The notes under the pieces were generated by a model. That model was not told the DNA's origin. It searched no databases and saw only the letters and a program-made list of their open reading frames with translations. A stretch of 62,970 nucleotides of DNA, filler included, from Intoshia linei (taxonomy: Eukaryota; Animalia; Orthonectida), in the NCBI GenBank assembly GCA_001642005.1. It is 12 parts of 12 records of this genome, joined end to end, with 100 filler letters (N's around TTAATTAATTAA, not from the genome) between each part and the next. Parts side by side here need not be neighbours in the genome. Positions count along the whole stretch, not along the records: positions 14,385 to 16,162 come from LWCA01002502.1; positions 16,263 to 17,412 come from LWCA01002764.1; positions 17,513 to 44,382 come from LWCA01000460.1; 9 more parts are not named here. One strand, 5' to 3'. This document shows, one piece after another, positions 14,341-25,759 of the stretch (position 1 is its first letter; every line of letters begins with the position of its first letter). The position numbers and the translations under genes were made by a program.

Positions 14341-14550
14341 NNNNNNNNNNNNNNNNNNNNNNNNNNNNNNNNNNNNNNNNNNNNAAATAAGGAATATACA
14401 ATGTAAAAACAAACAATAAAATGATGAATTTAAAATTTTAGTTAATAAATATAATAATGTCATTTGTAATCGAATATAGGTCAACACAGGATTTAATTAA
14501 TAAATAATTCTATTTTTAAAAGTGTTAAACCATTTCCTACTTGTACTAAC

Positions 14551-15000
14551 TTGCGTGAATTAAATAAAACCTATATTAGTAAGTTGTTAAAAGAAGAAGT
14601 AATTGAGCCTAGTAATAGTCCATTTTGTTCAAATTTTTCTCTTGTTAAAAAGAAGAATGGATCACATAGAATTGTAGCTGATTATTGTAATCTAAATGTA
14701 ATTACCATTAAAGATAAATATTCAGCACCTAGTTGACAAGCATGTTTAAATTTTATGGAAGGTCGAAAAATCTTATCTAAATTAGATTTAACTAGTGGGT
14801 ATTATCAAATTTCACTTGCAAAAGAAGACCGTTGGAAGACAGCATTTGCATTTGATGGAAAATTGTTTCAATTTAAAGTAATGGCTTAGGGATTAAAGAA
14901 TGCCCCAGCCACATGTCAACGTGTAATGGATCAAATATTTGGTCATTTAGGTAATGTTATGATTTATTTAGATGATATTATTGTTGCATCGTATTCTAAA
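14551..15000 (+). mobile_element. Ty3/gypsy reverse transcriptase fragment (pseudogenised)
   Basis: IEPSNSPFCS...VKKKNGSHRIVADY; LDLTSGYYQI; KTAF; GLKNAPATCQR; YLDDIIV; in-frame stops. Confidence 0.9.
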
Positions 15001-15089
15001 GATTGAAGGAAAGGAAAATTGTAAGTTGAAAGGATATAATGTTTATAAAAATGAAATATTGTCGTGGAAATCCTATAATTTTTCACTAT

Positions 15090-16162
15090 TGCGAAAAAAA
15101 TTCCAAAGCTTAATGAGGAAACCCAATGAAGAGGGTGAAACATTCATTCAAAAACTGTATATATTATCAAAAAATTGTAATTTTACTGACTTAAATGAAA
15201 GAATAAGAGACCAACTAGTATCAGGAATTAATCATCCTAGACTAGAAAATGAATTACTATCAATAGATTCTCAAGGCTTGGAAAAATGTAAATTAGTTGT
15301 ATCCCAATTTAAAATTATCAATTTTAATTATGGAAAATTTGAAATATCAAAAATTAACTCAAATTATCGAGAAAATAATACATTTAAATGTTTGAATTGT
15401 GGACGTCCAGGGCATTATGCCAAAAATTGTCGAATTGCTCCCTCTAAAGAAACAAAATCAATTCGTGCTATATATAATCAAGAAAAGGAAGAACTTCACG
15501 AACAACTAACGTTTACTAATGATATCGATGAAGTAACTTTTAATTTCATTATAGATTCTGGTTGTCAGGTAAATTGCTTAAAAACATAAAAATTTCATAA
15601 GCTATTAATAATCTACTATCTGCAGACGGGTCTATACTTAAGGTTTACGGTACAATAAAATTACATCTTATAACAGGAGAACCCATAATATTTTTTATAA
15701 CTAATACTAAAAATATATTAGGGTGTCGACAAGCTATGAAACTGAACGTATTAAAGGTGAACAACATTCAACAAAATGTAAACTTCAATAAACATTTTAT
15801 AAATACTTTATTAGTCGAATTTTCAGATGTCATAACCAAAGATATGGCAAAATGTAAAAATCAATAACGTAGCATCCAATTAATCACTGACTCAAAATGA
15901 AAACCAGTTAAATCTTACCCAATTGGTATTAATTTACGCGATAAACATGATAACTTTATAAAATCATTATTAAATCAGGATATTATTGAACCTAGTGTGA
16001 GTTCATATAATTCAAGATATTTTTTAATCAAAAAAAAGATAATTTAGATTGTATGGTTGTAGACTATCGGGACCTAAATACTAATACCGTGAGAGATAAA
16101 TACCCTTTTCCAAATTTAAAAGAGTGCATTAATTTCATGACAAACAAATCAGTGTTCAGTAC
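15090..16162 (+). mobile_element. Ty3/gypsy gag (CCHC knuckle)-protease-RT N-terminus relic
   Basis: ERIRDQLVSGI; CLNCGRPGHYAKNC zinc knuckle; FIIDSGCQVN aspartic protease; IIEPSVSSYNS...MVVDYRDLN...RDKYPFP. Confidence 0.9.
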
Positions 16163-16880
16163 NNNNNNNNNNNNNNNNNNNNNNNNNNNNNNNNNNNNNN
16201 NNNNNNTTAATTAATTAANNNNNNNNNNNNNNNNNNNNNNNNNNNNNNNNNNNNNNNNNNNNCAAAATGATGTAACTCTTGTGGTATGAATCGCTCAACT
16301 TTTTGAAATAATCAGGAATAGCTTTGTTGCTATAGGCAAACTAATAATTTAATTATTTTTATAAGTGCCTTAATTACACTAATACTAATATAAATTTTAA
16401 AATATAAAAAATCTGTCTAGAGTAAAATTAACTGTAATTTACGATACCAAGGTTAAAAATATGAAAATTTTACTGCAAATGCAAAAATAGAGGTTTTATA
16501 ATAAAGGGAAATGGGGTCCTAAAAAGTACTAGTAACGATAGAGCAACTATCGTTAAACTCACTTCACTCTAGAATGAATATATTATGTTAATTCATTTTA
16601 TACATGAAATATAATGTTTGATATATAAGTTTTTAGTAGTACACTATTGAAGTTACTGCTAGTACTTAATATCATTATCTCGTTAACAAATGTATTTATA
16701 ACTTCATTTTTATGAGTTATACACCCGATTACGCTACTGTACTGATCCCTAATTTTGATCTTAACGTCTTTTTCGCTATCTAAATGAACTTTCAAATTCA
16801 AAAATTAAATTTCATTACAAGACTCTTGAATCGCTCATTTTTTAAATTAATTTACCGTTGAAGTTACATAAATATTTAAT

Positions 16881-17412
16881 TTAATTTTTACAAAAATATA
16901 TATAGTCACATATCATATTTAATATGTATTTTTCCGTGTACCGACGCTCAAAAACATTCAAAATTTGATGGAAACGCTCCCCATGCTCGTCTGACCAATT
17001 TCCGCAATTCTTTGCAAAGTAATCAAAATGGTCATCTAAATAATGCATCTTTATACTATACAGACAATCCATTATATCGTAACAAGTAAATATATCTTCA
17101 ATTGCAACTAAAATTAACTATAAATATGGTTAAATGCATATACTACCTTTATAATTCAGTTCTACGATTTCCGAGAAACATAGTCACCACCTTTTCAAAA
17201 CTATTAAATGCATTCAATTCAATTTACCTTAATAAGTTTCGAAATTCTGTACTCATTAATAATGTTCTAATTTCTGGGCCATTTAAAATACCAGCACTCA
17301 ATTTAGCATCTGATAAATGTGGGAATATTTTTTTTAATACATTCATTAATTTATTACATTATGATTCTTATCCAATCTACACAGGAATTTCTTCACAAGA
17401 CCTAATTTTATA
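16881..17412 (-). mobile_element. DDE DNA transposase C-terminal relic (HGERFHQ family, possibly Tc1/mariner-related m44 type)
   Basis: FPHLSDAKLSAGILNGPEIR; MFLGNRRTE; KMHYLDDHFDYF...SDEHGERFHQ...ERRY. Superfamily assignment is from memory and uncertain. Confidence 0.75.
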
Positions 17413-17653
17413 NNNNNNNNNNNNNNNNNNNNNNNNNNNNNNNNNNNNNNNNNNNNTTAATTAATTAANNNNNNNNNNNNNNNNNNNNNNNNNNNNNNNN
17501 NNNNNNNNNNNNTTTTGATTATGCTCTTAAAGAAGTTTGCATCATTGTGAATTACATAATTGTGTTAGTTTACATTTTATTTTATTTTGAATTTATTTAT
17601 TGTTGTTTAACGACTTAAGAGCATAATGCTTATCCGACTAATATTTTATTAAA

Positions 17654-18016
17654 CTCTTACGAGATTATGCTTATTTTCAAAATTTGAAAGCAAAAAATTT
17701 CACTTTTGAAATGTTAAAAAACACCAAAATTTAAAGCTCAAAATTTGGCTAAGAATTAGAAATAAAATATATTTAATTTATGACATGCAATTACAATCAC
17801 GTAGTGTCTATTGTATTTCAAATATAATTTATTTTATTGTTGACACAAAGTAAACATTGATAATAAAATTAATTTTTACGCATATTACATTTATTGTATG
17901 AGCAGTAATTTGTTAATAATTTATATTGGTATCGCCTTATTTTGGTTTGTATACAAATCAACGTAATTTAATAAGTGTAGTTTTTGGCATCTATACATGC
18001 AATTGTCTCGTAAGGG
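17654..18016. mobile_element. piggyBac-like MITE
   Basis: TTAA(A)CTCTTACGAGA ... TCTCGTAAGGG|TTAA termini; related fragments at 336-509 and ~18960-19228. Confidence 0.65.
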
Positions 18017-18281
18017 TTAAAATTATATTAAATGTACAAAATTGTATGCAATGTTGCTTAACGACTTAAAAGCATAATTTTTGAATGGCTCTATTTATAT
18101 CATCTATGTTAGAGACGAATTTCAGAAGTGAACTTTAAAATGTTAATAAATTTCCAATAGATGTTATATTACTGTTTCTTTGTGTAAATTTTAATTATAA
18201 TTTCAATTTTTACAATTCAAAATTAATTTATAATTAATATTATTTATATATTATTATAATAGAATCTAAAAATATTTATAA

Positions 18282-18383
18282 CAATATGGCCATTCAAAAA
18301 TGGAAACACCTGTTCTCGTCCGATCACACAAGTTAAGCATCTTCGGGATTGGTGACCGCTTGGGAAGACGAAGTGTCATATTT
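18282..18383 (+). pseudogene. 5S rRNA pseudogene with 16-nt internal deletion
   Basis: Aligns end to end with the 5S gene at 39219-39337 but lacks the segment carrying the intermediate element and part of box C. Confidence 0.9.
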
Positions 18384-19774
18384 CTTTTAGATAAAATGTT
18401 TAAGTTGATTTTTTAATATAAAATGCTTTAAATCATTTTGAAAAAGTACATAACAGTCAACCAAGTAATATATAATTATTATTTTAAAAATGGACGCGTC
18501 AAAAGTATAAACATTTCGATTTTAACAAAATTTATTTATTTCAGTTGTGTACTACAGGTAATAGTTAAAAAATATTTTTTATTTATTTTGAAACTGATAA
18601 AAATGTATTTTAATGTATTGAAAATTTAAAAATGCAAAAAAGACAAAAAACAAAGCTGATATATCAAATTATATGATTTAGTATAACTGGAACAGCTCTA
18701 TCAGAATAATAGTTTTTTTTTAATTTTCGGACCGTTAATTATTTCACATATTTTGTTTTAATAAAATATTTTGGAAAAAAATATATGAATACTAAAATGC
18801 TTTTTTGACCGTGAAGTCGTCATTTATTTGGATTGAAATTTTCTGTGTGTGTTAACAGGTTACAACTGTAAAACATGAAATTTTTTTGAAATTGTAGGGC
18901 TGTTTTCAAAAAAAGGAAGGGGACATTTATCTAATGCGCAAAACTGAAATATCTACTTCATAAAGTAATATTTTATTGTTGACACCATGTAAATATTGGT
19001 AATAAAATTTATTTTGTTTTGATATTTCTTGAGTATTATGTTCACAAATGACATATGTACTGCCTTATTTTTGTTTGTCTGCAAACAATTTAAATTTATC
19101 AGTTGATTTTTTTCCATGCCGGAAAACAGTTAACATTTTTTTATATTCATTTTTTGAATGTATACAAACAATTGTAAATTTATGATTGTACTTTTTTGTA
19201 TGTATACGTGTTATTGTCTCGTACGGGTTAGTAGTAAAATTAATAACGTCGCTGCCAACTTATAATCTTTTTATAACAAATGATAATTTGTGGTTTTGAC
19301 AATGAAGGTGTGCGTATCTGCGTCGGAGATGTACGACAATGTAATCATTTTAAAATGCGTTCCAGTATGTATGTTTTAAAATTTAAATGAAACATTAATG
19401 AAGTTTTTGTGTTGATTTTTTTAAGCAAAAGGGAAAATTGTGTTTTTAAACCTGAGGGACTCACATTCGGAAACTGAAAAATAGATATAAACACGATCTG
19501 GGAAAAACGGCATTACAAAGTGGGTTTTTGATAAATTCTACAACTGTTAATTTTGTAAATAAACGGTAACACACACAGACAGACATTTAATTTTATATAA
19601 TTAAAGAAAAAGGGTAATTTGTGGTTTTTGACATGAAATTTAAATTTTTGAATTTAAAATGTATGGTACTTTTTGTACCGAAAAAAACTATCTTATAAAT
19701 TTTGTTTTTGAAATTTATGGGGCATTTATAGACACACCGTTTGATAAACACTGTCACAACATGTATATCTAGAC

Positions 19775-20778
19775 CAGGAGTGCACAAAGTGCGGCCGTGG
19801 GCAATACATGTGATCATAATGCAATATATCATTTTACTTCAAATTGAAAAGTTAAAATGAGATTTTATTCAAGGTCTATTTTTAAAATATTTTAATCAAA
19901 AAGTTACATTCTTGACTTTGTCCCAGTTTCGCGAATGTCACACAAAATAAAGTTAGTCACTGATATCGTTTTTGATGTCATTATTAATATTTACATATTT
20001 ATTTTTATTTTTTTTGTCTTCCACTCTAATGTATCAACATATCGGTTTTTAATAGAACTTTTTTCTGTGGTCCAATTATTATTAATTATTTACCGAAACA
20101 TTAATGATTAATGTTTTTTCAAAAAAATATTAGTAAAAGGAGATTTTTCAAATTTTTTTAAAATTAGGTTTTATCTTATGGAATCAGTCAGAAGAATTAT
20201 TGATCTAAAAATTTAGTTAAATGGGATTTTTCATAAAAATATTGTAAAAGCGATTTTTTTCTTTAAGGGTTGGTAAAGTTTGGTTTATTCTTTTGGAATC
20301 AGATAGGGTAGTTTTTATTCTAAAACTTTGGTAAAAATGTATTTTTAAAAAAAATATTGGTAAAAAGGGATTTCTTCCTTAAAGATTGTTAAAATTTTGG
20401 TTTTTTCTTATAAGATTATATTAAATTGGATGATTTAATGAAATATGTTGAAAATTGTAGATTCGTCTACAATCATCTAAATTTTTGTATTCACCCCTTG
20501 GGTTGACTAGTCACCCCATTAGAAGCACTGCATTAATCCTACTATTGCTATTTATTCCGATTCAGATAAATGACAAATATGGTGTTAATTTATATGAGTA
20601 AATTAAGGATTAATTTTAATTGAAAATTATTAATTAAAATTTAAAGAAAACTTTTATTAAACCTAAAATTTAGGTCCAGAATAAACTTTCTCAATGTTGA
20701 AGTAAATTTTGTGCGGCCGTAGTATCAATGACAAAAGTAGCATTGTGTCTGAATTGGTGGAAAGGTTGTGCACCCCTG
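19775..20778. mobile_element. Non-autonomous hAT element
   Basis: Perfect 8-bp TSD ATCTAGAC (19767-19774 and 20779-20786); TIRs CAGGAGTGCACAA / TTGTGCACCCCTG; subterminal GCGGCCG motifs. Confidence 0.92.
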
Positions 20779-23254
20779 ATCTAGACATTAAAAAAGTTTG
20801 AAACCAAAACGCAAAAAAAATCATTAAAATGCCAATTTAAACTATAAATAACTCAAAATTAGTCTGAATGTATTTTTGACAATATAAATCTTTGTGTAAT
20901 TTTACTTATTTAAAATATCATTAATGCACCCTATAAATTTGAAATGTATTCTCAGGTGTACAGTGATATATTCGAAAATTAAACTGTATTGCAATTTAAT
21001 TGATTAGAAATATTTACCAATACGAGTTAACTAAATAATGAAACGGTTGTAAATATAAATATGAAATCAATAATGTAAATTATTATAGCGCTATAAGCAA
21101 ATATGTTAAAATCTAATTAACATTCTATAATTTTTTTAAGTATTTGATAAAACAAAAAATGAAATATTTTACACTTTTAAAAATAGCCATATGTGTAGTA
21201 GCAATCTGTTGTGTCATGCAGATGACTGAAGCGAGTAGAGTAATAATAATTTTTTTAATAGAACAATTATAATTTATTATTTTTAAATTAGGTGGATCAA
21301 AAGAGGTTCAGTGAAAGAGGTAAATTTTCATCATGTAGTTAATGTTGTAAGTTAACTTAAGTATTTAATCAACTTTTAAAATTTGAAACTGTCAGGTGAT
21401 AAAAGCTGTTAATGAATATTGAATATGATCAATATTGTACATTAGCTGTTAATATTTTTATATTTACAATTTTAACATTTTTTTTTTCATTATTGAATTT
21501 CAATATATTAAATTTTCATATAGTTTATATCCTTACTTTTCATCTCACATATAATCTAATTTAGATAAAAATACAAGTCTGTTTATTTGTTTGTTTATGA
21601 CTATTTTTTAAGACATTATACGGGATAGAGAACTTAAAAATACCAATTTCTAACTAAGTTTTTCTGGTGAGATTTTATTTTAAGAAATTGAGTCCTTCAG
21701 AGTCATAAACCCCAATTGTTTTTTTTTAAAAAAATATACACTATCATATAGATTTTAAAGTCTGGAATCACTCCTTTAAGATTGATAATAGTGAATAATA
21801 GTATTTAATTTATTTAAAAAATTTAGTTGTATATTATTTATATACGATCAATGATAATACTTATATTTATTGGTTTATTAAAATTATATGAAATCTAATT
21901 AGGTAGAGACAAATATGACATAATGGATAATCCAGCATTTTGGTATTATGGTAATTTTAAAATATATACAATATGAAAAGGTAGGGAAACGGATTGGCGT
22001 GCGGGTCGCACAAATTTCGTGAATTCACTGAAACACTTTAAATTGATGACATGCTATTTTGGCTTGTAAAATTGATTGATTTTTTCAAGTATTATAGAGT
22101 AAACATTCCCTTTGAATAGATGCTATTAATATTTTTAGTGTGCGATATTTGTTATACATTTAAAATAAAGTGGCCAGAAAAACACGTACTATCACTTTTA
22201 GTTTATTTGGGATAAATTTTAAGCCAATAAAGTTTTATTCGTCATCATTAGGGCAAGCAAAAGTCAGAAAAGTTAAAATTTAATATGTTAAATAGTTTAA
22301 CATTTAACATTTAGCATGATGGCACATTATCGTCAATATTAATTGGCTAATTAAAATTTTATAAAGTTAATACGGTTAGAAAAATTAAAATTTTTTCCAA
22401 ATGTTAGAATTTTTTTAAAAAGTTAATAAAGTTAGAATTTTATTTTGATAGGTTAGAAAAAGTTTGCTCTAGTCATCATATATAAGTAATTTTGTTTTTA
22501 CTAAAAACTTTACATTAAACACTAAATAAACTAAAGTGATAGTACGTATTTTTCTGGTAACATTATGTAATTGGTTACCGCCACTTAATTGATGCAACAT
22601 TTTAAAAATTTATTATTAGATGGTTGTTTTTTTTAGATGTGCCATTAAAAATAATTATTATTATACAAGGTCAATAACTTTCTTATGTGAAAGATAAATG
22701 TATATATCACTACAATTATAAGTCATATAACATGATTTTTGATATAAAACTAATCTGATAGACTATTATTTATACAATTCGCCAGTTCCGTGGACGTGAA
22801 TCCTTAATACATATACAGTATGCAAAAGTTGAAAGGTATTTGCTTTCGTTAGCAGGCTTTGTATTGAAAAAGCAAGATCTACCGTAATACAGTGATATCT
22901 CGATATAGTCACCGTATAAATAAGATATTTGTGATTAAAATTTAGTTTTTTATTTAATAGTTTAATAAAGGGGAAAGGACAGGAAAACGTACTGGTAATT
23001 GTAGGCATTGATTGATGAAGCATTTTTAATTAATTCATTTGAGTTTTTAATAAATAACCATTATTATGGTTCAATTTTAATTAAACTTGAAATATATTTT
23101 CATCTATATATTATTTCCGTTATTGATTCCATATTTTTAATTTTTTGTAAAATATATGAATTAGTTTTTAATTAAATTGTCAATTTATCTATGTCTTTAT
23201 TGAAATAAATTTACATAATTTAATATTATATTGTCTATTTTGTATTACTATTGG

Positions 23255-23460
23255 TACAATATTAAGTATTTTTTAATGTTATTCAGTGAAAAATTTCTTT
23301 GTTTAGTCAACATACTAAAACTTCTCTCAACACCGTTATAAGTCCATGGTCCATTTGTTAATTGACTATACAAGGATGGAGGTTTAGATTCATCCAAAGC
23401 CAATATTATCAATTCAATGTCATTCGTTTTTAGTCTTTTGTTAATGTATGATTTTATATT
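23255..23460 (-). mobile_element. hAT-like C-terminal dimerisation-domain relic
   Basis: IKSYINKRL...GPWTYNGVERSFSML...RNFSLNNIKKYL. Confidence 0.55.
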
Positions 23461-24263
23461 ACAGGAACTGAAATAAATTCAATATTCTTTATTGTGTCAT
23501 ACGCCTTATTATTATTGAATACTAAATGACTTCTTTGACATGTCAATAACATCTATTAGATAAACATATCCAGATAATTCGATTAATTCATTATAATCTT
23601 CAATAAAATGACTTTTTTTTTTGCCTTCCTGAAAATGTTTATTACTAATGTTAGAATATCTAACGATGAACACATCATCGTAAAAATTGTTTTGATTCTA
23701 AGTCAAATGAACCCATTATGACAATTTAAAAAACCCTTGATTTTGTAAATTTAACTTTATTTTTTAAATATTAAATTGGGTTCTTGTGTAATATATGCCT
23801 TAAATAACATTCAAATAAATTAAATTTCGATTACAAATAAAAGATATACATTTTTTTACAAACCCTTGTTTGGATTGGATTTTTTTCTGCCTTCCTGAAA
23901 ATGAGATTTAAATATGTTACATCAAGTTATTCTCCTTCTAATGAACTATATGACACTATTTATCCAAGTCAGATTAAGCGTAGATATAAAAATATGTAAA
24001 AAAGTCACATTTGTTAATTATAAAAATTAATAATTTATAAATGATTATTTCATTCCTCAAAATGTGCAAAATTGATGTTACTAAAAATCCTTTTTCATGG
24101 TTTGCATAGCAATACTGACCAATTCAGATTGGGCATAGAAAACTGAAATACAAAGAAGCGAAAATAACATTAATAACATCAATGTACATGAAATTTTATT
24201 ATGAATACATAAACAATTATGATAAATTATGATTTAGATAAATGATCCATACATAATCTCCCA

Positions 24264-24650
24264 TCATATTCTTAGGGTTTTTTTTTTATATCTCAATTCA
24301 AATGTCTTCAATTGTTGATAAAATCTTTCACCGTGTTTATCAGAGAATGCACCACAGTTTAAGTAGAAAACACTTGAATGACACATTATGAGGTGTACTT
24401 TACAACTTAAAAGAACACCCAGTTGTTCATAATTTGCGAGCATAGTTTTAATAATATTTATGTAATTTTCACTTCTATTATTCCCAAGAAAATTTTCACA
24501 TACGGTATTGATACTCACCCATGTTTTTTTATTATATTATGTATAATTATATAATCCAGTTGCAAATACAGCTCCTCTAACTCGCTCGACGATTACACCA
24601 TTGCCTGCGATACCATTAATAAAACTTTTGACTAAATTTAATTTGTTGAA
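24264..24650 (-). mobile_element. DDE transposase relic, same family as 16881-17412
   Basis: NFLGNNRSENY...KVHL...SDKHGERFYQ...ELRY; upstream IKFSQ/LVKSFI-region remnant. Confidence 0.75.
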
Positions 24651-25299
24651 AATTTAATAAGACATTACTCTCGAAAAACTGTATTAGAAATTGGATTTTT
24701 GTAAATTCTAGGATTGTTAATTTTTTAAATAAACGGGGTAACACAGACATACAATTCAATATGGATTCAAGTAAAGAATTTTTAAATTGTATTCCAAAAT
24801 TGATTTCAAGTTAGGTTAGAATGTGCGGAATTATTTCATTTATGAGCCAAAATTATACTAAGTTGAGCTAAACTAGCTGTACCAAAATACATGCCTTCGG
24901 GCGACTATGGATCCGCAGAAAAATGTAATATTAAACTAATGTAAAAAATGCATGTAGTGATCAAATTTTGGTCCTTTTTCTAAGTAATTAGGTTTTAAGC
25001 GGTCAGCTAAAAGGATGAAATGAAAAAATGCTAAGATTAGAGTTTAAAAGGAGCAATTCTATTACGGTAAATTGATTAAATTGACGATTTGACTAAAATT
25101 AACTAATCTCTTAATTAATCCCTAAAGATTATATAAATTAGAATTTTTCATATTGACTAATGATTAGTTTAATGTAAAAACGAATAGTAACATACATGTA
25201 TTTAAATTTTAGTAATGGGACAAATGGCAGTTTGATAAATTTATTGAATTAAAATAATAAATGTAATGTCAATATAATAAAATTATTCTAAATAAAATA

Positions 25300-25701
25300 T
25301 TAATTTAAAATGATTTTAAAACCTTTTTGAAGTTTGTCCAACTTTAATTGTCGACTCTTCAATCTGCGTTCCCTTTCATATTCATAAATTCGAAGTATAG
25401 CGTCATCGTTCAGACAGGATTGATAATTGTGTGACTCATAGGAGCAAGGGTTAAATTTAACTCTATTTTTCTGATGACAATGCATAAGTTTTATAAAATA
25501 TTTGGCACAGTAATTACGATGATTCATTGAAATATTTGCAGATCGTACTTCGTCTTCAGTTACACTTGGATCTCGTAATTTTCGTTTTCTACCATCAAAT
25601 CCAAAATGAGAATCGAAAGTTGGAGGTTTCGAACAATCTGGAGACTCTTCGGGATGTTTGTATCTCTCAATAGTAGTTTCAAATATATTAGTAAATCCCA
25701 T
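25300..25701 (-). CDS. NDUFB7: NADH:ubiquinone oxidoreductase 1 beta subcomplex subunit 7 (B18)
   Basis: MG start at 25701; PPTFDSHFGF, RNYCAKYFIKLMHC and PCSYESHNYQSC (twin CX9C), RIYEYERERRL. Confidence 0.92.
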   Translation of the reverse strand: MGFTNIFETTIERYKHPEESPDCSKPPTFDSHFGFDGRKRKLRDPSVTEDEVRSANISMNHRNYCAKYFIKLMHCHQKNRVKFNPCSYESHNYQSCLNDDAILRIYEYERERRLKSRQLKLDKLQKGFKIILN

Positions 25702-25759
25702 ACAATAGAAATTCAATCAAATATAATTTGAATACAACTTTATACAATATTTTATTATA

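Noticed and set aside
14285-14384. Recurrent TTAATTAATTAA palindrome between N runs
   Set aside because: Identical 100-bp artificial contig spacer; not biological
16598-16801. 67-aa ORF beside the transposase relic
   Set aside because: No recognisable motif, non-ATG start and no linkable exons
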